A stretch of DNA of 64,000 nucleotides from Octopus vulgaris (GCA_951406725.2 OX597820.1:43896001-43960000), one strand, 5' to 3'; counted from the stretch's first letter, positions 26,651-42,062 are shown. A program made the numbers and translations. Notes: a model not told the origin generated them from the sequence alone.

Positions 26651-27493
26651 TATTAGTATTACTGAAAGTGCAAGTTTATTGAGAATAAATATATAAAATA
26701 GAGCGAACTATAACATATAAGGATATTATGAATAAAGTAATAATGAATAATAAATACTATAATAAAAAAATGATGAGAAAATAAATCTAGTGAGGTAAGT
26801 ATATAAATTTAGTTTAACTTGTTTTTCATTATAATAGGTGTTCAGTAAATAATAAACCAGGAAACACTTGACGTTGTTTATTTAATAATTTTGCTGCAAG
26901 TGAGTAAATATTACATAAGCTATAAGCCAAGTGTAGAAATACGAATTAAAGAAGTTGGGGAAGAATCTACGAAAAGAACTATGAAGAAATAAATAAAACA
27001 GAATAAACGAATGTAATGATAGGTTACTTAAATCCAGGAACATTTCAGCTCCCCCTTCGTATCAGTTTCTATATACATTCCCTTACTACAAACTAGTCAC
27101 TATCTACACTCATGGACCCACAACTCTATACTTCCTTCATATCATCATATATAATCTGATGGCCTTTTACTTATATCTACTTTTATTTTCAGCGACGGTA
27201 CTACCAACTTCTATCGTCATTTGCCATGGATTTTCTGAGATACCTCAACAATGGATCTGCTAACTGACAATATCTTGTACTATGGTTCTCTTTAATCTTT
27301 TCATCGTAGATCTACTAGCTGATGTTATGTTTTACTTTAGACACTCAATGAACTGTTAAACAATAATTTAAGATCCGTGTACTTAGCTATTCTAGAAACA
27401 GCTGTAAGAGACTTTGCCTTCTGTCTAGTCAACCTTTGTGGCATGATTCACTTCGATATGCATCGATTCTTTATGGATCTCCTGTAATCAAGA

Positions 27494-27752
<259 letters not shown>

Positions 27753-30700
27753 AAGTTTCTTTATTGGCCACACAGGGCTGCACACAGTTGGGACAAGTTA
27801 CAAGGTAGAGCTTTTCTTTTGGGGGTATGAAAAAACAAAGAACAAAAAACAAAAGAAACAAAAAAGTGGCGTAGGTTTTCGATCAAAAGGGATCGTAAAA
27901 GGGAAAAAAAGGAAAAAAAGGAAAAAAAAAAGGAAAAAAAAGAAAAAGAAACAAAAGACAAGAAAAAGGAAAAAAGAAGAAAAAAGGAGGAGAGGAAAAA
28001 AACGATCAATATGGATCGTGTATCACAGAGTCATGATGTACGGTATAAAGGGGGAAGCAGATAAGGTTTATCCGTGGGAAGAAAAGCCTACGAAAAAGAC
28101 CAAGGTAACCTCGGTCAATATTGTTATATGTTACCACATTTGTTTGCATGTGGGTAACCCCCTGTTTTCAATTTCTGGATTCATAGGATTATGCTCAAGG
28201 TGGCTTCGTCATTCGTCATCCTTGCTACATTCACCCATCTTTTTTTAAAACATTCGCTAGACAAAACTTGCCTCTCTACTCTCACTTTCCTTTTCAAGTG
28301 GTACTTGAAGAAGTTGATGAGAGATTGACCAGAGAGGAAAGTGTTTGTCTCCAATCCTTTCAGACGCGTCCACTAGATTCTCTTGCCATAGCCACAAGGA
28401 TGATGAAAATAGCTCTTCCTTCCCGTTTGAAGGAAGGAGGGGTGACAATATTGACGATAGACTCGGCTGATAAACCGACTCGTCCCACACGTGACAGCAG
28501 TTGTTCGACATAAGCCCACAGGTCGGAAATTGTTGGACACTGCACGAGTGCGTGCAGAACGGTTTCGTCGCTCTGACCGCATCTCGGGCAGGTCGGCCCC
28601 GTGTTTCTCGAGCCGTGTCTATAGAGCTTATCCCGAACGGGTAGTGCTTCTCGGTAGCACTGCCAGGCCAGGGATCTCTGGAAGTTGTCCATGGGCCCTG
28701 GCCCGAAAGTCGTCCCGAACAGGCAGGTCAGGTATTCCTGGTCGACGTCCAGGTTCGCCCCGAGCTCGTCGTCGTACTTCCCCTCCACTAATCCCCTATA
28801 GAATGCTTTGGTTGTGATGGAGTCACTCAAGGTCGACCCAGGACGGCAGAGTTGCTTGAGAGCAACGCGACACTCGCGGTGTCATTCGCCTTTCCTCGGC
28901 CTCTTTCTGATCCACGACTGCAGTTCGGTCATAGAGACGAGCTGCGGGAAAGCGTGCCTCACAAACGGCGACCACACATGTTCACCGTCGTCTACGAAGT
29001 GCCTGAGATGTCGCAGTCTCAGCGCGTGTCTGCGCATCATCAACCACGGCATGCGCAGCCCTCCTTTTAACGGGTGTTGACAGTAAATGGATCGCCTGAC
29101 CATCGGGACGCATCCTTTCCACAAGAAGCGAAAGAGAATGCGTTCTAGTTTGGTGATGGTAGGGTCGGGACAAGGCACGACGGTCAGGCGGTAGTAGATG
29201 ACGGACGTGATGTACGTGTTCGCCACCCCCGCCCGACCTTTTAGAGACAGTTTCCTCTCGGCCCATTGCCGGGCGGGAGTGACCACCCTACTCATTATCT
29301 CGTTCCAGTTCTTCTCCACTTGGAGGTCCAGACCGAACCAGACCCCGAGCAACTCGACCGGACCGTCGGTCCAGCGTCCCACGACGGAGGCGCTGGTGGA
29401 CGGCATGGGCTTGCTTCTCTAGGTGCCTAATCGCAAGACCACTGACTTTTCCCGGTTGATTTTTGCTCCTGTCGCCGCTTCGTAGTTTTTCAATGTCTCG
29501 CCGACCTGCTCGATGTGCTCGTGGCTAGACACTATGACGGTGACGTCGTCCGCGTATGCAGACACGCTCGTCCCGCATCCCAGTTCTCCTGGGATGCCCC
29601 TCAGAGTTGCCAGCTTCCGCAATAATGGCTCGAGAGTCAATACGTATAGAAGCGACGAGCTGGGGCATCCCTGACGGACCGAACGTGCGATGTCGAAAGG
29701 TCTCGATAGATGTCCATTTACGCGAATTACCGAACGGAAGCCTCTGTACAAAGCGGCTATCCAGCCGCGAAAGACGGGACCGAAGTCAGCCGCTCTGAGG
29801 ACAGCCTCCAAGTATCGATGGTCCACCCTATCGAAAGCTTTCGATTGATCCAAATTGATCAGCGCCCCACCCATGCCAGGTTCGTTAACTACCCTGTCTA
29901 TGATGTAGCGCATCATGGTCCGGACCGGCTCGGCGCACGTTTGCGCCTTGTCGACCAGTTTCTCGATGACAAGCGCCAACCTCTTGGCTAACACCTTGGC
30001 CAAAATTCTCAAGCCTGCATTAAGCAGAGTGATGCGCCTAAAGCTATCTATTACATTTCCCTTGTTTAGATCTTTCTTCAGCAGTGTTACGGCTCCTCGG
30101 CTCACAAAACCAGGAATGCTCCCGTTTTGCTGCCAAGACGTCTCCTAACAAGTCTGGAATACAACTGTAAAGCTCGTAGAGTAGACCATCCAAACCCGGC
30201 GATTTGTCACTCGAGCATTCTGCCATCGCGTTCTGCACTTCCGCCGCCGTGATGGCACCTTCGCAGCACCCTGCCTCTCTTGTCGAGAGTCGTGGTAGGC
30301 TGTGTAGGTAGGCATTGAAGTCCATCCTACGTTCTTGCCCGCCACTCGTCCCGAACAGTCGGGCAAAATGCTGTTGAAAGGCCTCACACATTTTACTTCG
30401 CTCGAGCAATTCGCGCCCCTGTTCATCTACCAGAGACCGAATGGTGGCTTTGTTGCCCTGTTGCGCCTCTGCCAACCGGGCCTCTCTCGCGGCTCCAACA
30501 CCTTCATTCCTGAGAGCACGCATCCTAGCTCTGACAGCACACCCTTAGTGTTTGGCGTTGAAGTGTTGGTCGAGGGCCAACCTCGCCGCCAAAACATCGG
30601 ATGCGATGCCGCTTCTAATTGCCTCTTCTAGCTTCTTAACTAGCTCACCCTCTACTCTATTTCTATCTATGGCTAGTGCTTTGCTGTACCTAATCGCTTC

Positions 30701-31652
30701 TGCTTTTACTGCTCTCTTGAGAGCAAACCACCATTTGTTGTTGATGATGGCTCCCGTCAAAGCCCTCTTTACTAGTATGCTAATCCGGTCTCTGAAAACC
30801 TGTCTCGATGGGAAAGACGCGTTTAGTTTCCAGTATCTGGGACCCTGCCTAAGTGTCTTACCTAAGTTTAGCGTACATATCACAAGTTTGTGAACCGTGT
30901 AGCTGACTATGTGTAATTGTGGACATCCTATGCTATCTCTATCTACTGTCCTACACAGTATCCTATCTAGATACGACCTCGACGACCCGATGCGGTTGCT
31001 CCATGTCCACGTTGGCGCATTCGGGTGGTCTAGTCGAAAAGCGCACCCATTGCTGCCGTCGACATCCAGGACGACCAGTCTACCCTCCGGGTCTACGAAT
31101 ATTGTCTTTACTTTGAGATCCAGACTCTTGCGAAAAAGTACCGCGGTGCCACTACCGCCCATTCTTGGCAGACAGGAGGGAAAATAACTGTTGAACTGTC
31201 CGCCAAACATGGTCTTTAGGGTCCCCGGATTGTGGGGTCTGGTCTCACTTATGGCTATGATTTCTAACTTGTGTGACTTTATGTCACTTAAGAGGTACCC
31301 TTGTTTCCAAGGGGACCCCACGCCACGCGCATTTACACAACCAATCTTGATCATAATCCTAATGAATTAGAATACAAGTGAACAGAGGGTTACTTACTGC
31401 TCGAAAGTTTTTGCTTTCTCCTCCTTTGGTTTGTCCTCGAGGAGATCCCAGTAAAGTTTCTTTGTGAGATATTTTTAGCATTTACCAACCGCACTGGGGA
31501 AAATGCCTTTGAGTCTGTGTTGCAGACTTTTGGAGATGTGTAATATTTTGATGTGGTCTGGTGGTGTTGTGTATGGGTGATTGTTTGTTTTTATGTCATC
31601 TTCTGTAATGTTTGTTTTTGATTTGATGTATTCCATCAAATTTGTGTTTTTG
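27753..31652 (-). mobile_element. Tx1/L1-clade non-LTR retrotransposon, 5'-truncated and decayed
   Basis: GC-rich island containing the end of ORF1, ORF2 and a 3' UTR ending AATAAAGAAACTT directly before (TATC)n. (GATA)n on both sides. Confidence 0.93.
28181..31354 (-). pseudogene. LINE ORF2 (APE endonuclease, RT, C-terminal zinc finger), frameshifted with internal deletions
   Basis: Endonuclease MIKIGCVNARG..IAISET..TWTW..SRSYLDRI; KSPGLDGL; RT FRRITLLN, LDQSKAFDRVDH, VRQGCPSS, AYADDV; LSLKGR; zinc finger CPRCGQSDETVLHALVQC. Confidence 0.92.
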
Positions 31653-32208
<556 letters not shown>

Positions 32209-32458
32209 TAAAAGGGGGGTTACGGATTCATAGAAATCAAATGTAGTTAAAACCTAAAGATGGAAACAGCACGAAGGTGTGTTTCAAGATTGTTTTATAT
32301 TTTACATTTGTTACATTCAGTGACTTATTATAAAATACAACTGGTTTTGATGTGCATATTCATATTATCAAGTGAAGGTCAAAAATTGGGAATAAGTAAA
32401 GATTGGAAAATCCAAAACAGTTTCTTCTCATATTTTGTTATTTTGTGCATAGTTGAGA

Positions 32459-32522
<64 letters not shown>

Positions 32523-33018
32523 GCACACACACACATAGTTGAGAAGATGAATATATACATATATATATATATGCACACACATACTAATCCATCATACGAA
32601 AGAGTAGGGTAACTTATGAATTAGAGTTTTGGCATTATGGATAATATCAAAAAAAGTATGATGTATAACCAATAATGGTGATTTAACTTATATAAAGATT
32701 TTTGGCCATTTTACAAAATATATAAATGGATATTAATTTTCAAAGGAAAAAATCCTTTAAAACAAAATTAAAGAGAACAAATTTCTCATGCGTAGCATCC
32801 TCCCATAACTACTCTGTCTTTTGCTTCGCCAACTCATCTTCTGTTCCTATGGTTCTTTATTGCTATTCATCCAGCACATCTTATGTTAGCGCTCTTTGTA
32901 TTTCTCTTTTGCTTTCTCTCTTCACTTCTCTGTATACGATGTAAACTGTGAGTGAACTGGAGAATCAACCAACCGACAAACCAATCCAAATTTATATTAG
33001 CTATTATAGTACGTACAA

Positions 33019-33067
<49 letters not shown>

Positions 33068-33069
<2 letters not shown>

Positions 33070-33459
33070 AAAATAAACAACAAGAATGGATCCGGTAATT
33101 TAGTACAATTGTTTCATACTACAACATTTTATTAAAAGCTGTAAATATTACACCAGATTTAAGATTCCTAGTAATCTTCAGCTAATTTTATATAGGTTTT
33201 CCAATAATATAAAGTTCTCAAATCAATTAATAACATCTTAGGGAAGGTAAATATTACCGGCATCTTAAATCTGCTGTAATATTTACAGCTTTTAATAAAA
33301 TGTTGTAGTATGAAACAATTGTTCTAAATTACCGGATTCATTCTTGTTGCTTATTTTTGATTATAATCATCCCGCATATTTTTATGGGTAACAACCATAA
33401 AAAATTCTGGTGCATCTAAATTAAGTGCCATATTCATTTGAATCTAAATTGTTGCTGAA

Positions 33460-33462
<3 letters not shown>
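33068..33462. mobile_element. Asymmetric fold-back element between (TA)n tracts
   Basis: ~107-bp arms at 33068-33175 and 33253-33359, ~78-bp spacer, ~100-bp unpaired right extension. Confidence 0.8.
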
Positions 33463-33504
<42 letters not shown>

Positions 33505-33565
33505 ATATAGATATATACATAGGTATATATATATACCTATATATATATTTGTATATAGATACATT

Positions 33566-33619
<54 letters not shown>

Positions 33620-35350
33620 CAAATGAAAAACAGAAGATGGAATATACGAGAATTTATTATTCATCACAATTGTTTCGACACATCTAGCATCAATTCCTCT
33701 TGGGTGGTACACTCAACAACTGGTTCAGGAGCATCCGGTGGTGCAGATCTATCGTGTCGGGTGATAAATAAATAAATACAACTCGTTAAATTGACTGTTC
33801 TACAATGTAACTTTCCGTTTTGTAGAGAGAAAAACAGCCCAGACGGATGAAATATCTTCATTGATATAGAAGATTAGAAATAAAATCACAGATGGCAAAG
33901 AGAGAAACGAACACGCGATCCAGCGAGAAAAGTATTTAAAATAACCGTTAACAGATACGGATGTATAAACGTCCTCAAGCAAGCTCCATGGCGCCAGCAC
34001 ACTTGCTCATAGAAGCATCCACAAAAATGTGAGCATACGCACATGCTGAGGTTTGGTGTACTCGTGATCACAAAGCGTGTTAGTTATTTACTTGGTGTTT
34101 ACAAGAATGGGGAGGTTAAAAGTAAACTTAAGTCATTCATACCTTAAATTAAATTAACGGCTATTCAAAATTCATTCTCTCTGTAAGTGTGTATGTGTGA
34201 ATGCTCGTATATGTAGATACGGGCATGTGTGTATGTATTGTACAACAGTAAATAGTTCACCAACAAATGATGCAACTAGAATTGTCTGTCTGCTACTTCT
34301 TCAGTTACAAACGCGTGCTGTTCTTACTCTATGAGATGATGAAATATACTGCAATTTTCGGGGGCTTTGATGCCAGTGTGAGAAAGTTTCCCTTCGACGG
34401 GTGACTTCCTAATCCCTGTGCATACAACGGAACGGACGCCTCTAAACTGAAGCAAGGGTCGGGTTGTGTAGCTAAGCCCGGTCAGCCAATTTAGTCATTA
34501 GTTCCTCTATCCAAAGAAAGAAACGGTGCATCCACGTTTACACTCCACACGATTTCCATCCATTTACTATAATTCATTCACAAAGGTCGCTTGACCAAAA
34601 ACTGTAATAAAATTTCATTTAACGAGATTCGTACTGGGATAAAACCTGAAACCCCGTCGTCGTTGGATAAACGGTCTTAACCACAAGTCTGCACCCATTC
34701 CCAGACTATAATCTCGTCGAGTAACAAAAGCAAAAAGAAAAATTATGTCAGGTCACGCTGGCTATATTCCCTTTATCATGAAATTGAAACTAATTGAATA
34801 CACGAATTATTATTGTCAATTCTAGTAATCATGAGAACATAGTTGTCATTTTCTTAGATTTTTCTTTAATTTCAGCACGCCACTTCAATTCACACAACAT
34901 TCTCTTGTTTTGGTCATAAATATTTTTTTCTTAATCAGAACTAAATAATGTTTCTACCTCAGTGGTATATTCTTTCTTTCATGTTTGTTGTTGTATGTAT
35001 GCTCTTTTCTCTGTCTTGCATCATTTGCTTCGTATTTAATTATTATTTTATTAATACCATTGTTATAATAGTAGTGTTATTATTAGAAAAGTTATTACTC
35101 TTTTAATAATTTGGAGAAAGGGTATATCGTTATGTCATTTAGCACCATGCTGACTAAAAACTAACATATAAACATGATGAACAAAACATTTTCAACATTC
35201 ATAAACATATTAGCAACATGCAGTATAACAACAACAACAAAGAAGGGGAGGAGGTGGGGAAAGCGGGGGAAGATGGTGAGTTGGAGGAGGCGGAGGAGGA
35301 GAAGGAAGAAGAAGAAAAAGAAGAAAAAGAAGAAGAAGAAGAAGAAGAAG

Positions 35351-35385
<35 letters not shown>

Positions 35386-35485
35386 GAATGAGAATGAGGT
35401 CGCAAATACATAATTTAGTCACAAATACGTAATTTCGCATGTATTTATGACTGCATTTGTACGGACGAAAGTAAGTATGTGTATG

Positions 35486-35551
<66 letters not shown>

Positions 35552-36344
35552 TGTATGTATGTATGCATGTATGTATGCGTATATGCACGTATGTTTGTTC
35601 GTATGTGTGTGCCAGTGTGCGTGTGTATGTGTACGTGTCTGCGTTTAAGTATATATGTATGCATATGTGCGTGAGTGTTTTATGTTTGAGTTACGCATGT
35701 GTGTGTCTGTATGTGCTTCTATAAACACGAAAATCTGTTTAAATACATACGTTGTTTTCAACTGAATATATTTCCATCGTGTCTGTATATAAAATTTGTA
35801 TAATTCACATATTTTTATAAAATTGCGATATACACATTTTTATGTAAGTATTAATGTGATGACCTTGTATACGCCTTCAATGACCAAACTTCAATGTACT
35901 GCAAGGTGCACTGAGATGCTGCAGAAGTGCAATATCTCAAATAGTTTAGTTTCTATAGTATTTTTCCTTATACAATCACCAACGTAAGATAACAGGATTT
36001 ACAAAGTATCATATGCACAATACTCAGTATTACAAACGAAATTTATGCATTTAACCTGTGATAAAATATATTCATGTTGCACATTTTCATAATTTATGAT
36101 TTTATAGAGGATTTTTTCATATTTTTATTTTATTATTTATATTGAGTATAAAGGCTACTACGTATAAATCTTCAAAGACGAGATGTTAACTGGTAACTTT
36201 ATTGAGCTTGTTGAAACCTGAAAAGCTATTTGTTAAGTGAACACGTGTCTAAAAAGAAATTTAATAAGCAACGGTAAACATAAGAAGTATTCTACCTAAT
36301 ATGTCGTATTAGGATTTTCTTTTCTTTTATTCGGGTTGGTAAAG

Positions 36345-36650
36345 CGGGTGGCTTTGTGGTTAGGGTATTCAGCTTTCGATCGTAAGGTCGTGAGTTCGAA
36401 TCTCGGCGCCGCATGACACTCCTTTTTTACGTTACTCCAGTTCACTCAGCTGTCAAAAATGAGTAGTACCTGTATTTCAAAGGGCCGGTCTTGTTAATTT
36501 CTGTTTCATGCTGAATCTCCCTGAGAACTACGTGAAGGGAACGCCTGTCTGTGGAGCGCTCAGCCACTTGCACATTAATTTCAAGAAAGGGTGTTCCGTT
36601 GATTGAACCAACAGGTACCTTCCTCGCCGTAACCGACGGAGTGTCAGGTT
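36345..36650 (+). mobile_element. tRNA-derived SINE related to family C
   Basis: GTGGCTTTGTGGTTAGGG..GTGAGTTCGAATCTC head and TTACTCCAGTTCACTCAGCTGTCAAAAATGAGT, as in 15226-15552, but a different 3' body. Confidence 0.75.
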
Positions 36651-38136
36651 CTATTCGAGTTAGAAAACAGTACCCGCGACCATTTTAAAGGTCCTGTAAC
36701 TCACATAGGTGAAAGCGGGTGCGGTATCCTCAAATGGGGCGGGGGGGTAATCTGAATGCTTTCAAAAGAGATGGATTAAGCTAAAGGCACCCAAGGTACA
36801 AAGTGATGTTAAACCAGGAGGCAGATTAAGTCTACGACCCAAGTAAGCCATAACGAGATTTTTAACTCGGAACAGAAAGAGCCAGAACAAGTAGAAGAAG
36901 GCATCGGTTCTGATAGTCTTATAGTTCCACCAACTCCCCACTTAGATTGATAATCGTTTTAGCGACCTCGAAAAGATGAATGGCAAATATGTCAACAGTA
37001 TGATTTGAACTCGGACTATAGAAACTGATGACAAATATTGAGACACATTCTATCAGACTTACTAACGATTCAGAAAATCCAGAGATGAAAGATATCTATT
37101 ATTATGGGGTTAGAATGTATTTGAAATTTAAGAATTCCGTAATAAGTAAGTAACGAAATAATTAAATATCTGTATTCTATGCAATGTTTTCCTTATTCCT
37201 TATTTCAAATTTAAACTTACAATCCCGCCTAATATTATAAAGAAATAGCTATCTCTCTTGTGTAAAATGTTTGCAAGGTCATACTACGCAGATAATATTA
37301 AACACTGAAAATAGGTCTGTTGATCTCCTTTTGCAGACCTCAGAGCGTAAAATATATTATCTGCTTTCCACCACAAGAATATAAATGCATTTTTACTAAA
37401 ATTACACGCTATTAAGTTTACCTTACTTCATACTCCAATAAGAAAAAAAAAAGGAAAAGTCACAATGCTGCGCGTATGACTTTTATCAATTGATTCGACG
37501 TTTACTGCTTTTTTATGCAAACCCGACTAATTTTGATGCATCCAAGGTTATTTTTTTCAGAGATCAGTTACATTGATGCGCTTCACATTAAGCTCAAACT
37601 ATGAAAATCAGGGCTGAACCAACGATTGATCTGTTGAAAATATATACTCAACAACGGCATCGTTCGCCGAATGTGATATAAAAAGTTGTTATTCATCATC
37701 TGGCCATTGACATTTAATCATGTTGACTAGGGTTTCTGGTTTTTAATTGTTTTTGGGTTTTTTTCACTATTTTGCAGCTGATCGTCGATCGTTGAAACCT
37801 TATTACTTGGATGATTAAACTTAGAACAGTCGACATATTTACGAGAATTAGACGAGTCTTACATTATCATCAATCAATTATAACTTCTTTATTCTTCAAT
37901 CAATTATTTTTCAGACTGTTTCAGTAGACAAGAATAATTAAAGTTTAAGCAAATGGTTTGTTTTAAAACACAATATGACATTACTGTTATATATTTGGGA
38001 CGTCCAATTAAATTGCGACTTCTCCCAGAAACAGTAGCTTTCTATTTAATGATGAGAAATTTATTGGGTATTGAATTCTCACCAAAACTGATACGCTCGT
38101 AGCAGATAACTAACACATGCATACATATGCACATAT

Positions 38137-38950
38137 GCGAGGGTGGATTGGATTGAAAGGTACATGAGCTGACCATGAATGAATGATGCTAGAGCTGTGA
38201 AATCTTACATGCATTAATTTCAACTCTTCTTATTAATAAATGCATTGTTTCTTTCGAGGTAAACTGGCAACATAGCGGCTTTTCTTGAAAATGAACAAAA
38301 TTTGGCATCGGAGTGTAGTCAATTAACTGCAGAAAAGGGGGTTAGCCTCCAATGACATTCATGCTAACGTGCTTGCTACATTAGGGAACAGCGCTCCAGC
38401 TTTATCAGCAGTGTAAATGTGGGCAGTTGAATTTAAGAGGAGAAGGAGGAGTCTTGAAGATGACCCAAGGTCTGGACATCCCGCGGCTGCTACCACCGAG
38501 GAAAACATTGATAGTGTTAAACACATGGTGATAGGCAATTGACTATAAATCAAATGGCCAATGCAATTTAGCATATCCCGTGAGAAGGTTGAGAAAATAC
38601 TGAACAATAAAGTGGACATGACGAAGGTTTCTGCTTGGTGGCTGCCACGTCTTCTGACACCGGATCAAAAGCGTACCAGGTTGATCACATACGGGAAACT
38701 CTGAGATTGTTTGAGGTAGATCCAGCTGGTTTCCTTGAATGTTTCCTAAACCAGGATGGGTGTTGGTTTCATCACACTGAGCCAGAAACAAAGAGACAAT
38801 CCATGCAGAAGAAATATCCCTCCTTACAGCTCCGAAGAAGGGAAGGAGATGGCTTCAGTTTGTTGAGAAGCAAAAGGCATTGCGTTTATTGACTATCTTT
38901 AAAACAGCCATATCATCAATGAAGAATACTATGCCAAGTTGCTGAGGATT
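38137..38950 (+). mobile_element. Mariner (DD34D) 5' half, decayed
   Basis: CGAGGGTGG end. From 38291: MNKIWHRSVV..DIHANVLATLGNSAPALSAV*MWAVEFKRRRRSLEDDPRSGHP; WLPRLLTPDQKR; WFHHTEPETKRQSMQ; INEEYYAKLLR. Confidence 0.88.
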
Positions 38951-39267
38951 TTTAACCCATTAGTAAAATACGCAACTGTGAACATAGAACATAGCGGTGT
39001 TTAAGGGAAGATGAGGGCTGATGGAATTATGCATATAACCATCGTGAGTAGGCCTTCATGTACCAAATTTTTGGGGTAATAAGAACGTCTTTTACAATTG
39101 AATTTCTACCATGACGGTTGGTGTGCGTGCACACGCGTGTGTGTTTGCACATGCGTGTGTGTGTTTGCACATGCGTGTGTGTGCACGCGTATATGTTTTT
39201 GAGTGTGTACATATAATATATAAACACACACAGATTTCTCTGCCTATTTATAAACGAACACTGAAGG

Positions 39268-39478
39268 GAGAGACCTGGCAGGATCGTTAGTAAACCGGGC
39301 TTAATTGCTCAGCGGCATTTAGTCTGTCTTTATGTACTGAGTTCAAATTCCACCGAGGCAGATTTTGCTTTTATCTTCTGGGACCGATAAGATAAGTACA
39401 ACTAAAACACTGCGGTCGATGTAATCAACTTACACACTCCCACCAAATTCTAGCCTTGTGCCAAAATTTGAAGCCAGT
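39268..39478 (+). mobile_element. Family A SINE monomer, diverged
   Basis: Head, Meta-like domain and AGCCTTGTGCCAAAATTTGAA tail. Confidence 0.8.
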
Positions 39479-39834
39479 ATATAGACACTAGAAAACATAA
39501 AAACGAAACAAATATGTTAAGAAAGTAGTCATATGTATTGCATATACCATGTGTGTGTGCGCGCGCGTGCGAGTTTGTATGCCTGTTCTTTAAATGTGCT
39601 TAACTGTTCAATTTATACACACATACACACACAAACACTCGTATATTCTTACTTATATATATCTGCATATAATTAATATACGTATATATAAGATGTGTGT
39701 ATGTATGTCCTTTTGTTGCCTTTTTAATTAATCCTGAAAAAAAAAATATTTATATTATAATATGCATATATATGTATATATATATGGATGTATATATATA
39801 TATATATATATATGGATGTAGTATGGATGTATTG

Positions 39835-39899
<65 letters not shown>

Positions 39900-40687
39900 T
39901 ATTTATTTATATTTATATTTATATTTATATTCATATTTATATTTATATATACATATATATGGGTATGTGTGTGTGTGTGTCGACATACATGCATGTTATG
40001 GATTATAATTAAGATTTGACAAAAGCTTTATGATATAGCATAAAAGTAGTTATTTTATTTTAAAACACGTATTTTGGAATATATTGTTATTGCATGCTGC
40101 GTTGTGCATGCCAGAGATGATACATAGTTGAACTTAAATTTTGCATTTTTTGGACGACATATTTAAATAAATGAATTATTAAATAAGGTTTTATCTATAG
40201 ACATGACTTCAATTATTTTCAACATGGTAAGCGTAATTGCACATAATGTACTCGCGTACTCACATTCGAGTAGGAGGAAAAACAGAATCACAAGTAATCA
40301 CACACACACACACACATATACACTCATTTGCGCATATATACATGTTTACTATGGTTTCTTCTTTCTTTTCTTCCTCTTTGTTACTTATCTTCGAGATTTT
40401 TCATATATTATAATTACTTGAGCTTATCGTGATATGAAGTTTTGGGATCAAAAACTTGTTTTTTTTATAATTTTTTTTTTTGTTTTTTTTGGAGAAGCAG
40501 AAAACCACGAATTCATCGCAGGTATGTACAAGGTATGACGCAAGGAGATGGCTGATATTTGTTTTTAATTATTAATTATCGATCCCTCTTGTAGGTGGGT
40601 TAGGTTCTGTTTTAGGGACAACTTACTTTCGAATGTTGAAGTTAGCTTCTCTACAATCTCCACCCATACTACAAGACTGTTAATATA

Positions 40688-40892
40688 CTTTTCTACTCTA
40701 AGCACAAGGCTCGAAATTTCAGGGGAGGGGGACAGCCGATTAGATCGACCCCAGTACGCAACTGGTACTTAATTTATCGATCCTGAAAGGCAAAGTCGAC
40801 CTCAGCGGAATTTGAACTCAGAACGTAAAGACAGACGAAATACTGCTAAGCATTTCGCCCGGCGTGCTAACGTTTCTGCCAGCTCGCCGCCT
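40688..40892 (-). mobile_element. Family A SINE monomer (tail B) with ~17-bp target-site duplication (TSD)
   Basis: TACAAGACTGTTAATAT (40670) and TACAAGTTTGTTAATAT (40893) flank the element. Confidence 0.88.
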
Positions 40893-40921
40893 TACAAGTT
40901 TGTTAATATTATACTATAAGA

Positions 40922-41510
40922 AGGCGGCGGGCTGGCAGAAACGTTAGCACACCGGGCGAAATGCTTAGCGGTATTTCGTCTGCCGTTACGTTCTGAGTTC
41001 AAATTCCGCCGAGGTCGACTTTACTTTTCATCCTTTCTGGGTCGATAAATTAAGTACCAGTTATGCACTGTGGTCGATGTAATGGACTTAATACCTATGT
41101 CTGTCCTTGTTTGTCCCCTCTATGTTTAGCCCCTTGTGGGTAATAAAGAAACAGGTATTTCGTCTGTCTGAACATTCTGAGTTCAAATTCTGCCGAGGTT
41201 GACTTTGCCTTTCATCCTTGTGGGGTTGAATAAATAAGTACCAGTTACGCACTGGGGTCGATATAATCGACTTAATCCGTTTGTCTGTCATTGTTTGTCC
41301 TCTCTGTGTTTAGCCTCTTGTGGGTAGTAAAGAAATAGAAATAGGTATTTCGTCTGTCTTTACGTTCTGAGTTAGAATTCCACCGACGTCAACTTTGCTT
41401 TTCATCCTTTCGGGGTCTATAAAATGAGTACCAGTTGACTACTGAAGTTGATCTTATCCACTTACCCACTAATCCGAAATTTCTGGCCTTGTACCAAAAT
41501 TTGAAACTAA
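40922..41510 (+). mobile_element. Family A SINE nested trimer
   Basis: One head, three Meta-like domains, junctions AAAGAAA(C/T)AGGTATTTCGTCTG at about 41150 and 41340. The last unit is more diverged and has tail B. Confidence 0.9.
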
Positions 41511-41789
41511 TATTATAATAATATTATATTATAAAGCACACCGGACAAAATGCTTAGCGGCATTTAGTCCGTCTTTGATTTCTGAGTTCAAATTCCGACA
41601 ATGTTGTATTTTGCCTTTCGTCCTTTAGGGGTCGCTGAAAAAAGTGACTGTTGAGAATTGGGGGGTTGATGTAATCGATTATCCCTTTAGCCCCAGAATC
41701 CTAGGCCTTGTGTCAATAGCAGGATGGATTATATTATAAATAAGGTGGTTAGTTGGCAGAATCGTTAGCTAGCAGGAAAGATGCGTTAT

Positions 41790-41970
41790 ACTTGTTTGAG
41801 TCTTTTTACTGCGGTCATACTGGGGCACTACCTTGAAGAAATTTAGTCGAATGCGTCGACCCCAGTACTTCTATTGTCACTTTTGCTGAACCGCTACGTT
41901 ACGAAGATGTGAACACACCAACACCGGTTGTCAAGTATTTGTGTAGGACAACCACAGACACAAAGACGCT

Positions 41971-42062
<92 letters not shown>

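Noticed and set aside
28491-31187. Plus-strand ORFs of 65-113 aa in the GC-rich island
   Set aside because: They are antisense shadows of the LINE ORF2.
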